Of a DNA stretch of 62,501 nucleotides, positions 38,231-47,664 are shown in pieces; the stretch's first letter is position 1, and each line of letters opens with the position of its first letter. Below the pieces are notes generated by a model. The model ran no database searches and had not been told where the DNA came from. It saw nothing but the letters and a program-made list of their open reading frames with translations. Source of the DNA: a virus (Duplodnaviria; Caudoviricetes); IMG/VR virus record IMGVR_UViG_3300031772_000033, positions 1-62,501 of that record; one strand, given 5' to 3'. The position numbers and the translations under genes are program-made.

Positions 38231-39317
38231 AACGGAAATGCTAACATCCAAGAATGATTTCACCAAAGATCAATACAGGGAATTACAATTCGAAAACAAG
38301 CGGTTATCTTCTCGACTTGTGAAAATCGCCGCAGTTCAGGAGAATATCATTGAGGCGATAACATCCACCTGTAAAGCACTTCCAAGTGAAAACCCTCCAA
38401 AGATAGACGTAGGGAAGGCTCCGAAACGTTATCCCGAAGAACGTGCCGTTTTGAATATTTCGGATTCACAGATAGGATCGTATGTCAGCAAATATTTAAC
38501 TGGCGGACTTTGCGAATATAATAAAACGGAATTTGTGAAACGCATAAAACGGCTAACTCATAATATGCTTGAGATTACGCGCATTCAGAGAACTGGCGGG
38601 GTTCCGGTGAAGAAATTAAACCTTCATTTTCTCGGCGATGTTGTGCAAGGAGAATCAATATATCCGGGTCAAGGGTTTTATCTTGATGCATTGTTGCTTG
38701 AACAAACTTTCGAATTGGCATCCCGTTTTGTATTTGATGTGATAATTCCTCTAAGCAGGGAATTCGAACAGGTAGAGATTTTCTGTATTCCTGGAAATCA
38801 CGGCAGGCAGGCAGGACCAAGGAATTCTTCGCGTGAAGCAAACTGGGATTATGTTGCATATATTTTTTGGAGGCAATTACTCAAAGAATATAAGCATATA
38901 AAATTATATATATCGCAAAGTCCATTCTTGATTTATGAATTATTCCCAGGACAACTTCATGCTCTCATTCACGGGAACCAGGCAAAGGGTTGGATGGGAT
39001 TTCCGTATTATGGAATTGATCGGGTATTCGGACGGCTTAAAACCTTGACTAATCTTCCGATTCAGTATTTATATCATGGACATCATCACCAACCAGCAAG
39101 CATGGATGCGCATATCGGACGAAAAATCGGTAACGGTTCAATCGAGGGCGGATCCGAGTATTCGGTATGCGATTTAGTTACCGCTAATGTTCCGCAACAG
39201 TTTTATTGCGGTGTAAATTCTAAAGGGATCACTTGGGAATATTGGATTAGATTGGCCGATGTTCCGAAAATGATCGCGGATGATCATGGGATTTTTACGC
39301 CGATTATGAAAGAATAA
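38211..39317 (+). CDS. Calcineurin-like metallophosphoesterase
   Basis: SDSQIG, LGD.V.GE, GNHGR, HG, GHHH. Confidence 0.9.
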   Translation: MPIELNKTEMLTSKNDFTKDQYRELQFENKRLSSRLVKIAAVQENIIEAITSTCKALPSENPPKIDVGKAPKRYPEERAVLNISDSQIGSYVSKYLTGGLCEYNKTEFVKRIKRLTHNMLEITRIQRTGGVPVKKLNLHFLGDVVQGESIYPGQGFYLDALLLEQTFELASRFVFDVIIPLSREFEQVEIFCIPGNHGRQAGPRNSSREANWDYVAYIFWRQLLKEYKHIKLYISQSPFLIYELFPGQLHALIHGNQAKGWMGFPYYGIDRVFGRLKTLTNLPIQYLYHGHHHQPASMDAHIGRKIGNGSIEGGSEYSVCDLVTANVPQQFYCGVNSKGITWEYWIRLADVPKMIADDHGIFTPIMKE

Positions 39318-39346
39318 TTAATAATCAGGCGTGTTCACTAAAAAGC

Positions 39347-39369
39347 CTTGCTCAGTCAGACTGAGCAAG
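39347..39369. promoter_or_regulatory. Perfect 11-bp inverted repeat (operator-like)
   Basis: CTTGCTCAGTC-A-GACTGAGCAAG, intergenic. Confidence 0.55.
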
Positions 39370-40230
39370 TCAAAAGACTGAACAGTTTAAAAAAATGCAC
39401 ACAGGTAAACTAAAGGTAGACCAATGAGTAAATACGAAGACTGGAAATCGGGTGAATGGGAGAGGGTTAAGAAGAAGGGTTTCAAGCTCATGTGTTGCTC
39501 TTGCAGTCTTGTCCACGTTTTAGATTTCAAAGTGGAAAAATGCGGTCGGGAATTGCACGTATATGTTAGGGTGCGTCGTGATGATCAGGCGACGGCGGCG
39601 GCGCGCAGAGGCAAGGTAAAGACAATCGTGGTAACGGATTAGGAGGGATTCACGATGCAAAGCCCATGCAGGTATGACGTTCTCGATGCGGATAGTAGTC
39701 TTGTGCTTATATTTGATTCTAACGATGAATATATCTGTCAAACAAGTTCAGAGGAAAAGGCTAAAATGATTATTCAGAAATTAGACACTAACGGAGGATT
39801 AAAGGAACATGACGGATGACCTTGACCGCTTAACGCTTCAAGCTGAGATTTCAAACTGGAAATCCTGCCTATTGGACCCTGTGACAACAAACGGCGAGCG
39901 TCGGGTATTGCAGAAATTAATTGCGGATGCGGAAAAAGCTTTGAAAACCGGAGAACCTGTAAAATATAAGAAATTAAAAATAATAGAACTATAAGGTTAA
40001 CTCACAACTCACAAAAGGAGAAAGAAGATGGACAGATTCGGAACGGTCGGTATCGTGGTGGTGATTATTCTCATCCTTCTTGCGGTATTTGGATATGTGT
40101 CCAATATCGTAAAACTTATCGGATGCGATTTCGCCTCACCGTATAAGGCGGAAATCTTCAGGATTGTCGGAATTATTATGCCGCCGGTAGGAGTTATCAT
40201 AGGTTACTGTAATTTAGGTAAGTAATTAAT

Positions 40231-40305
40231 CGAGCGGATACGCGCGTTTCGTATGGAGCCATACTCACGGAAGCAAGGGTCATAACCTTGACCGCGCTCC
40301 GCTTG
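40231..40305 (+). ncRNA. Structured intergenic RNA with a Met-anticodon-like hairpin
   Basis: CGAGCGGA/TCCGCTTG, GCGCG/CGCGC, GTATGG/CCATAC, CAAGG-GTCATAA-CCTTG. Confidence 0.5.
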
Positions 40306-40535
40306 AATTAAATTTAAAGGAGGTAAATGTGATACCTGAAGTCATGAAGGTTGATCGGTTCGGGTTAAACTCCACAACCAGATTCAAACCGAAACCGCGA
40401 TTCCAGGAGAAACAACTTGTATGCGAGATTCGTGCTTTGACTGAGGGCGTCTGCTACAGTCACGCTCATTGCCACCGAGGCGACGGGATAGGCGGAGAAC
40501 TCAAATGCCAAATCGTGAAACGCGAGGAATAAAGC

Positions 40536-40742
40536 ATGAGATGTCCTAATCCTGCATGTGGCAGTAATGATTTGGCAGTCGAAACAACGCGCGAAGATCC
40601 GGATAATCCTAAAATATTGGAACGCAAGCGATATTGTAAAAAATGCGGCCAACGATTATTTTGCGTGGATGAAATCAAATATTTACTTCCACCGAAACGG
40701 CCATACAAACGTCATGGGATACTGAGCATGGAAAGGTCATAG
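40536..40742 (+). CDS. NrdR-N/Ogr-like zinc-ribbon protein
   Basis: MRCPNPACGS...TR...RKRYCKKCG. Confidence 0.7.
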   Translation: MRCPNPACGSNDLAVETTREDPDNPKILERKRYCKKCGQRLFCVDEIKYLLPPKRPYKRHGILSMERS

Positions 40743-41080
40743 TAATACATTGCCTGTTTTTACGGATCGCCCTACGAGCCTCTAATGCGTTCACTTAATT
40801 TTATATATTTCAATAACTTAACTATTGTTTATAAATTTATCAAATTTGCATGAGGATTTTTTGAAGACCTATAATTCGCACATAACCTATTATTTTCTTT
40901 AAATTCAATATTATCAAACAATTAAGACGGTGTATTATATGGCTTGTGGCGAGAGTTAATTTCTTAAAAGTACGCTTTCCCTTGCTATAATGATTATAGT
41001 TATAGCAATTTATTTTCAAATGCCTCAATAAAAACAATAACTTATAACCTTTTAATATCCCTTAAAAAATACGATTTCCC

Positions 41081-41109
41081 TTGACATTGACAGTATAATG
41101 ATGTATATT
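41081..41109 (+). promoter_or_regulatory. Sigma70-type promoter
   Basis: TTGACA-N17-TATATT after a long AT-rich stretch. Confidence 0.75.
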
Positions 41110-41154
41110 ATATCAATAGATAAGACAGACAAAACCCAAACCAAGGAGAGAGCC

Positions 41155-41394
41155 ATGAAAACCATCGCAACCGCAAAGATTGCAAAGGCGCAGGGTTATG
41201 AGTATGTCGCCTCCGTCGTCAAGAGTGTATTCCGGACAACCTATTACCACGTTATCAAGTTGTCCGATCTCATCGAGGTGGGCAAATGGATACCGGCAAA
41301 TAAGGGACAATATAATAACTGGCATGGTCGCATCGGGACCAGTCATCTGCCGGAAAAAACAATATTGCGCTCTGATATGTTTAATCTAATATAA
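41155..41394 (+). CDS. Hypothetical protein
   Basis: AAGGAG RBS downstream of the promoter. Confidence 0.7.
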   Translation: MKTIATAKIAKAQGYEYVASVVKSVFRTTYYHVIKLSDLIEVGKWIPANKGQYNNWHGRIGTSHLPEKTILRSDMFNLI

Positions 41395-41405
41395 GGAGAT
41401 CAATC

Positions 41406-41720
41406 ATGATACTCTGTGACGCTTGCGGATCGCCCAAAACGGGCGTGTATATGGGCGGTGCTTTTATCTGCCGGGATTGTGATCTGCCGGTCCGCGAGGC
41501 GATGGACAAACTTCGGGCCGACGGCAAATCCGTCAATGTCCTGCACATTGCAAAAAAGTTATTTAGAGAGGTAAACAACGGAGGCGACTATCTACTTCGG
41601 GAGATTCCCGCCGATCTTAAGTTGATGCTGGAGCATCGGGCGGTGGACGACAACGCGAGCATCCGGGATGTGATACTGATTGCGCTCCACAAATACCTTT
41701 CAGTCAAGGCCCCCAAGTAG
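41406..41720 (+). CDS. Zinc-finger plus ribbon-helix-helix regulator
   Basis: CDAC...CRDC; YLLREIPADL...L..RA......IRDVI..AL..YL. Confidence 0.7.
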   Translation: MILCDACGSPKTGVYMGGAFICRDCDLPVREAMDKLRADGKSVNVLHIAKKLFREVNNGGDYLLREIPADLKLMLEHRAVDDNASIRDVILIALHKYLSVKAPK

Positions 41721-41731
41721 GGGGCTTTTTT
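41706..41731 (+). terminator. Rho-independent terminator
   Basis: GCCCCC-AAGTA-GGGGGC with T6. Confidence 0.85.
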
Positions 41732-41866
41732 ATTGATACAATCACGACAATATTTTTCCCTCAATTCTCCCTAAAAGACACAACAAATGACTATATAGCC
41801 ACTTTCAAATCAACAAATGTACATATACGGTGATTGGTTGTCAATTTTCTTTATTATATTTATACC

Positions 41867-42286
41867 ATGCCTGAACCCGGAATCCCATTGAGAAAGTTAA
41901 AGTTAAAACGTATTTCCGCGACAAGTGACGGCACATGGGGCGCGCTTCTCAAGGAATCAGGAAACCCGCTTTGCCTCACCGCAGAAATTCCAAATACTTT
42001 TGTTCCATGTGGAACGTATATTTGTAAATTACAAACTCACAATCAAGAGAACGGTCGCAGTTATCCCGCTTACGAGATTATGAATGTTGCGGGACATAAG
42101 GATATCGAAATCCATATCGGCAACTCGCCTGTTCTGGATTCCAAGGGTTGTGTACTTTTAGGCATGGAATTCGGAACAGTTTTAGGAAATAGACCGGCGG
42201 TATTATTCAGTACTTCAGCCTACGAGACATTTATGAATTATGTTGGACGAGTTCCGGAATTTGAACTGACAATAGAGGATCCATAA
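41867..42286 (+). CDS. DUF5675-like putative endolysin (L,D-transpeptidase-like)
   Basis: T.G.L...CLT.E, P.GTY, IEIHIGN...DSKGCVLLG. Confidence 0.75.
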   Translation: MPEPGIPLRKLKLKRISATSDGTWGALLKESGNPLCLTAEIPNTFVPCGTYICKLQTHNQENGRSYPAYEIMNVAGHKDIEIHIGNSPVLDSKGCVLLGMEFGTVLGNRPAVLFSTSAYETFMNYVGRVPEFELTIEDP

Positions 42287-42287
42287 A

Positions 42288-42929
42288 ATGTCCGATCCAA
42301 ACCTTCAACTCAACGGAAAGATATTCACGCCAGCATCCGCGCAACCGACAACTGAGATCCCGATGATTCCGGAACTTCCAACTCTTCCTTTAAAGCCTCA
42401 AAAAATAAAGTGGTACGATAGACTTATCCTTTGGCTAAAAAGCAAGAAAGTTGCATCAAAAGCCACGCAGTTGATCGAATGGATCATTACTATTTTCTTT
42501 CCAGAAGGGAAAGTAGCCCTTGTAATCGCAAGGCTTACCGAAAATTTTGCTAAGAAATTTGAAGAGATAAAACAACGTAACTCACAAATCCTAACAAATG
42601 GAGGAACTATGTTGAAGGGCAAAAAAACTTTCATCCTTGCCGGTCTCCTGCTTGTTGCCGTTCTGGTCCCGATTGTCCTGAAGGTCCCGGTCCCGGAAGC
42701 GGCCTACGCTGTACTCGCAGCTCTTGGCCTTGGAGCGGTCCGTTTGGCATTGGCAGACTTGAGCCAAAACCAAGGATGGAAAACCTATGCGGCAGTTGGC
42801 CTTGTCATTCTTGTGGCCGTACTCGAAACCATCGGCGTGAAAATTCCCTATGACTTGCTCTATGGGTTCGCCGGCGTGATTGGACTGGTCGGCATCCGGG
42901 ACGCGGTCGGGAAGTTGGAACAACCGTAA
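42288..42929 (+). CDS. Holin-like multi-TM protein (possible internal start at 42609)
   Basis: Duplicated KGKKTF/QGWKTY helix pairs; GGAGG before the internal ATG. Confidence 0.6.
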   Translation: MSDPNLQLNGKIFTPASAQPTTEIPMIPELPTLPLKPQKIKWYDRLILWLKSKKVASKATQLIEWIITIFFPEGKVALVIARLTENFAKKFEEIKQRNSQILTNGGTMLKGKKTFILAGLLLVAVLVPIVLKVPVPEAAYAVLAALGLGAVRLALADLSQNQGWKTYAAVGLVILVAVLETIGVKIPYDLLYGFAGVIGLVGIRDAVGKLEQP

Positions 42930-42934
42930 CGGCA

Positions 42935-43095
42935 TTGCGGGAGGCTATATCGGAGAGGATTGAGGCATACTACAAGGGGACTCGATCAATCCGAACCTCC
43001 CGCGACAAAATGCGGACGGTCAAGGGTAAGTCGCCGGTCGCCACGGCGGAGGACCTGAGAACCATGTACGGTATAGGCCGTATCTGTCCGCGCCA
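42935..43095 (+). ncRNA. Two tandem structured RNAs, the second ending in an acceptor-like stem plus GCCA
   Basis: GCGGGAGG/CCTCCCGC with inner GATTGA/TCAATC; GCGGACGG/CTGTCCGC-GCCA with inner CGCCG/CGGCG and TACGG/CCGTA. Confidence 0.55.
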
Positions 43096-43123
43096 AATTT
43101 AAAACAGAGGAACGGAGGAGAAG

Positions 43124-43453
43124 ATGAGAAATGGAATCAAGTATTTCAATGAAGTTGATGACCAAGGTAATCCCACGGGCGGAACAGTAACGGGGGTTGG
43201 TATTGGGATTGCATGGCAGAACGGTCCTCTTGGTCGAGGAACAGAGCGGAAGGAACCGAACGGTGCATTTGTGGAGGATGTCATTGATGCATGCGCTAAA
43301 CGGATTCGGTTTTATCAAGAAACCAAGGGCGGTATTTTTGCTTGTCGTCAGAATGCTCTTGCCTTAACAAAACTCGAAGAGGCTCTGCATTGGCTTGATG
43401 ATCGGACCAAGGAACGGGAAGAACGTCTTGTCGAAGGAACACACATTCCGTAA
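43124..43453 (+). CDS. tad1: Tad1-family nucleotide-signal sponge (anti-Thoeris/anti-CBASS)
   Basis: I.WQ.GP...NG....D.I.....R...YQ....F.CRQNA.ALT.LEEAL.WL..R...R..R.VEGT matches the Tad1 pattern as recalled. Confidence 0.8.
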   Translation: MRNGIKYFNEVDDQGNPTGGTVTGVGIGIAWQNGPLGRGTERKEPNGAFVEDVIDACAKRIRFYQETKGGIFACRQNALALTKLEEALHWLDDRTKEREERLVEGTHIP

Positions 43454-43466
43454 TTCTACTTTCAAA

Positions 43467-43767
43467 GCGGAGGAGGGAACGCGCGGACATGGCCGGAGGT
43501 GGTATAAATCTTGTTGGACTTATATTGAGATTCATTCCTCAAGGCATGAGTGACGCGGCCCTCCGCCGTGTAATTGTAACTACTTTTAATAGTAATAATT
43601 GCGTAAATCGGAAAGTTAAAGGCGGGGTCTCGACGTTCAGGTTCGGTGTTGCTTGTAAATTGAAGGAGATGGGCCCGTGGCAGGGAATGCCGGACGGGAA
43701 TTTACGAAAGCAAGTTAGCTACTGGATGGAGAAAAGGGAACACGAAACTAACCTTTTCTACCTCGCC
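43467..43767 (+). ncRNA. Two multi-stem structured elements
   Basis: GCGGAGG/CCTCCGC (43467-43566); GGCGGGG/CCTCGCC (43621-43767) with TTGCTTGTAAATT/AATTTACG..AGCAA, CCCGT/ACGGG and AGAAAAGG/CCTTTTCT. Confidence 0.5.
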
Positions 43768-44116
43768 GTAATGTATAATATACCAATAGCAGTTTAAAAC
43801 GAAAGTGACATTAGTATATATTGATTGACAACTTTGTAGTTGTACAACTCGCGAGGTGAGAAACAAATGATAACTCGTGAAGTTTACGAAACCATTCTCG
43901 CAACTATGATTCTTTTAACAAATATTTTTATCGGAATAGGTATATGGGTGATTCTCTTCAAAGTCAATCAAGCATTCAGGAAAGATATTTTTGATTTGAG
44001 ACTTAGAATGGAAATAATTAAGGACATGAAGAAGTATAAATTAACCTTGCAGGAAGTTATGTATTGTTGGCAATGTGGTTTGACGGCACTTCTGGAAATT
44101 AGGCAGATAAAAAAAC

Positions 44117-44773
44117 ATGCTTAATCACGGTTATGGCATTCTTAAAAGACTCAAAAAAGGTATACGGATTTATATCTTCGTAACGTTTCATTGTCAATTG
44201 AATTGTTCGTATTGCAGTAATAAGCCATTCGAAGGCGACGAATTAGAGCCCGATCCACAAATGAATTTTGTTCCCGAAATGGATTGGCGGAAATGGGTTG
44301 ACTTGATTGAGACTTTTCCGGTGCGCGTGCGCGAGATTGTGATCGAAGGCGGTGAAACTTTACTTTATCCGGGAATTGGAAATCTTATCAATGCCTTAAT
44401 TGCAAGTGGGCGATTCGTAACATTATATACAAATCTTGAATTACTCAATGATGATTTAGGGATTGAACCAAGCAATAAGTTGAGGATTCAAGCATCGGCA
44501 CATCTGCAAGGACGGAATGAAATTTCTAACGAATTTTGTAAGGCATACACCGAAAATGAAAATAAATACAGAATCGATGTTGATGTTTTGGGAAATGAAA
44601 CAAGAAAAACAAATGGATTAGTACGTTTTAATAAAATCCTATCTCCGAAAGAATTGCGTGAAAGTCCCGAATGGACGGCAAAACAATTCAGGATATTGCC
44701 AAATGGTGAAATACATATAAGCAAAGGTCGTTTATTATCCGCCGTTTACGAAAAAGAATATGAAACTTTATAA
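44117..44773 (+). CDS. Radical SAM protein
   Basis: CQLNCSYC, EGGETLL, YTN. Confidence 0.85.
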   Translation: MLNHGYGILKRLKKGIRIYIFVTFHCQLNCSYCSNKPFEGDELEPDPQMNFVPEMDWRKWVDLIETFPVRVREIVIEGGETLLYPGIGNLINALIASGRFVTLYTNLELLNDDLGIEPSNKLRIQASAHLQGRNEISNEFCKAYTENENKYRIDVDVLGNETRKTNGLVRFNKILSPKELRESPEWTAKQFRILPNGEIHISKGRLLSAVYEKEYETL

Positions 44774-45575
44774 TAAATTCACGAAATTTAAAAGTATTTT
44801 CAAATTGTCCGTTATTTATCGGTTCAGTCCGGTTAAGATTTTCCGTGCAATTAAGGAAATTATACGGTTTATAAATGATTTCACATTATTCGATAATCAA
44901 CGTAAACAGTCAACATATAAATTTCCATACGGAAATTTGAATCCCTGTATGGGCGAACGGGACAGAGACGGGATTAATTCGAAGGAGTATTTTTATCAGG
45001 ATTTTCATGTTGCAAAAAGAATACTTGAAAACAAACCAGAGAAACATGTTGATATCGGATCGCGATTTGATGGATTCATTACTCATTTGTGCCTATTCCG
45101 TGAGGTTGAAGTTTTCGATATCCGGCCCTTGACCGTGACTTTGCCAAATTTGAAATTTATTCAGGCTGACATGATGGAATCTATAAGTAAATCATTTCTT
45201 GATTATGCCGATTCAATTTCATGCCTTCACGCCTTGGAACATTTCGGCCTTGGCAGGTATGGAGATCCGATTGATTATGATGGACACTTAAAGGGACTTG
45301 ATAATATTTACAGGATTTTAAGGAAAGGTGGAAAATTTTATTTATCCGTGCCAATAGGCGAAGATAGGATTGAGTTTAATGCTCATCGAGTATTTTCGCT
45401 TGGTTATCTCTATGCCTTATTCGAAGATAAATATAAAATTAATAATTTCTCATATATAGATAATACCGGCCCGTTAGGAAATTTTCATGAAAATATTTTT
45501 GTATTTGCGCATGATATAAATAATAATTTTGGTATTGTTCAGGGATGCGGAATATTTGAAATGACCAAATTATGA
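44760..45575 (+). CDS. DUF268-like SAM-dependent methyltransferase
   Basis: YFYQD, HVDIGSR.DGF, SCLHALEHFGLGRYGDPID, FNAHR. Confidence 0.85.
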   Translation: MKLYNKFTKFKSIFKLSVIYRFSPVKIFRAIKEIIRFINDFTLFDNQRKQSTYKFPYGNLNPCMGERDRDGINSKEYFYQDFHVAKRILENKPEKHVDIGSRFDGFITHLCLFREVEVFDIRPLTVTLPNLKFIQADMMESISKSFLDYADSISCLHALEHFGLGRYGDPIDYDGHLKGLDNIYRILRKGGKFYLSVPIGEDRIEFNAHRVFSLGYLYALFEDKYKINNFSYIDNTGPLGNFHENIFVFAHDINNNFGIVQGCGIFEMTKL

Positions 45576-45955
45576 AATATTTTATATTATTTATTATGTT
45601 ATTAATAAGCATGGTGAATGCACAAGTTATGTGCAAAAAATCGTGGGATTCTTGTGATGGAGCATTTTTCAAATATGATAAATCCGAACATTTAATCGGT
45701 TCCGCAATTTTATATCAAGGTTTTCGAACATATAATTGGGAACCTAAAAAGCGATTATTGTATTCTGTTTTATCTGGTTTTCTTTGGGAGGTTAAAGATT
45801 CGTTAATTTCTTATAAGGATTTTGGTAGAATGGGTGGTGATGGATTTGATTATAAGGATTTTTTGGCCGATTGTGCGGGTATATTCTTATCATATGAATT
45901 AGAAAAGATTCATATTAATATAACATTTAGATTATACCTGGAAAAGGAAATTTAA
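45572..45955 (+). CDS. YfiM/VanZ-like exported or membrane protein
   Basis: Signal ending VNA/Q; DKSEH, WEVKD, GF...D..AD..G. Confidence 0.65.
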   Translation: MKYFILFIMLLISMVNAQVMCKKSWDSCDGAFFKYDKSEHLIGSAILYQGFRTYNWEPKKRLLYSVLSGFLWEVKDSLISYKDFGRMGGDGFDYKDFLADCAGIFLSYELEKIHINITFRLYLEKEI

Positions 45956-46911
45956 TGTTTCAGCATTTGCAAATTTGCCCGACATGGCGCTGTAATCTCA
46001 AATGTCCTACTTGTGATTCATGGCAAAGGGATCAAAAGATCGAACTTTCCAAGGGGCAGATTGATCAAATTGCAAAAGATGAATTATTTGGAAGAGTTAA
46101 ACATCTAATCATCGAAGGCGGGGAACCGTTTACATTTACTAATTTGGATTATTTCATTGACAAAATGTCACGGGTATACGATAAGATAGCCATTATCACA
46201 AGCGGTTATTTATACGCAAGAATCGGCATGTTTTTAGAGAAATATGCGGGGATCAAAAATCGTTTGCGATTTGTAGTTTCGCTCAATGGGATAGATAAAT
46301 ATCACGACGAAACAAGGGGAAAAGACGGGGTATATGCCCATGTTATAAATACAATCGCATTATTACAAAGTCATGGATATGCTTTTAATTTGCAATTTCT
46401 TCCGACTGAAACGAATCAAGGCCAGTATTGGGAGGTAAAAGAATTTGCGGATAAATTAGGTGTGAGCGTAAATGTCTGTCATCCCTCAAAGATCGGCAAA
46501 TATGCAATTGAATCTACCGAGGGGATGTTGAAAGAATATGATATCATCAAGGCTGAACAGGCAAAGTCTTTACCTTGGAGAAGTAGATGGGAATTTGAAT
46601 GTTTCAATGACATGAAGAAACGCAAAAAATTCATGCCATGTTGGGCTGGAAAGAAAATGATTTATATTGATCCAAGAGGAACAATTCGACCTTGCGCCAT
46701 TAACGAGGAAATGTCATTGGGAATTATTTATGATCATGAAATTTTTATGAAAAGCGGAGAAAGATATCAAGATGAACTTGATTTAATCCCTGAATATTGC
46801 CAATACCGAACTGGGCAGGTTTGTAATCAGACATATATTGGATATACGCTTCATCGCAAACCATTTTATCTATTAAAATGGAGGCTCGGAAAATGGCTAA
46901 GAAAAAAGTAG
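45955..46911 (+). CDS. Radical SAM/SPASM-twitch protein
   Basis: CNLKCPTC, GGEPF, SLNG...HD..RG, CWAG....IDP.G...PC. Confidence 0.9.
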   Translation: MFQHLQICPTWRCNLKCPTCDSWQRDQKIELSKGQIDQIAKDELFGRVKHLIIEGGEPFTFTNLDYFIDKMSRVYDKIAIITSGYLYARIGMFLEKYAGIKNRLRFVVSLNGIDKYHDETRGKDGVYAHVINTIALLQSHGYAFNLQFLPTETNQGQYWEVKEFADKLGVSVNVCHPSKIGKYAIESTEGMLKEYDIIKAEQAKSLPWRSRWEFECFNDMKKRKKFMPCWAGKKMIYIDPRGTIRPCAINEEMSLGIIYDHEIFMKSGERYQDELDLIPEYCQYRTGQVCNQTYIGYTLHRKPFYLLKWRLGKWLRKK

Positions 46912-46917
46912 AATTCA

Positions 46918-47664
46918 ATGATAATCATTAAGATAGTTGGCGGTCTCGGAAATCAGTTGTTTCAGTATGCTTACGGCCTTGCACTTGCGAAACGGAACAA
47001 TACCGATCTCTACCTTGATTTGTCATGGTACGAGACAGGCAAGGATTTGGAGTGGTTCGGGAAGCACAACGATAGGCCATTTCTTCTGAGCGGACTGTTT
47101 GGCGTTCATGTTGTATCACCGTTTAATATTTTAAAATATATTAGAAAAGTAAAAGAAACGCAATTTCAATTTGATCAAAGTCTTTATGATTTAGGCAACA
47201 ATCATTATATCAGGGGGTATTTTCAAAGCGAGCAATACTTCGATAATATCAAGGATGAGATGAAATCTATATCCAGATTTGGAGAATTTTACGATATAAG
47301 AAGACGGATTAAAGAGGGAGGTTTTGATACAGCTATTCATGTCCGTCGCAGTGATTATCTGACCAATCCAGTTAATTACGTACTTCCAGAAACATATTAT
47401 CGAGAAGCCAAGGAAATACTGGAAAGTAAAAAGGTTATAGTTTTTTCAGATGATCCAGATTATTCCGATTGGAACTCCATTGATCCCATTCATGACATGA
47501 TTGCGATGTCATGCTTCCCGAAGATCATTACGGCAAATAGTTCATATTCATGGTGGGCCGCATGGCTTTCGGATGCGCAAGTTGTATGTCCCAAGAAATA
47601 CTTCGCAACTGGACATGATAAGAATATGAGTGATTTCTGGCCAAAAACATGGATTCAAATATGA
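46918..47664 (+). CDS. GT11 alpha-1,2-fucosyltransferase-like protein
   Basis: GGLGNQLFQYA, GYFQS..YF, HVRRSDY, FSDD, NSSYSWWAAWL. Confidence 0.92.
   Translation: MIIIKIVGGLGNQLFQYAYGLALAKRNNTDLYLDLSWYETGKDLEWFGKHNDRPFLLSGLFGVHVVSPFNILKYIRKVKETQFQFDQSLYDLGNNHYIRGYFQSEQYFDNIKDEMKSISRFGEFYDIRRRIKEGGFDTAIHVRRSDYLTNPVNYVLPETYYREAKEILESKKVIVFSDDPDYSDWNSIDPIHDMIAMSCFPKIITANSSYSWWAAWLSDAQVVCPKKYFATGHDKNMSDFWPKTWIQI

Noticed and set aside
43489-43797. 102-aa ORF
   Set aside because: No motifs, spans two strongly base-paired elements and an AT spacer; better explained as non-coding, though not excluded
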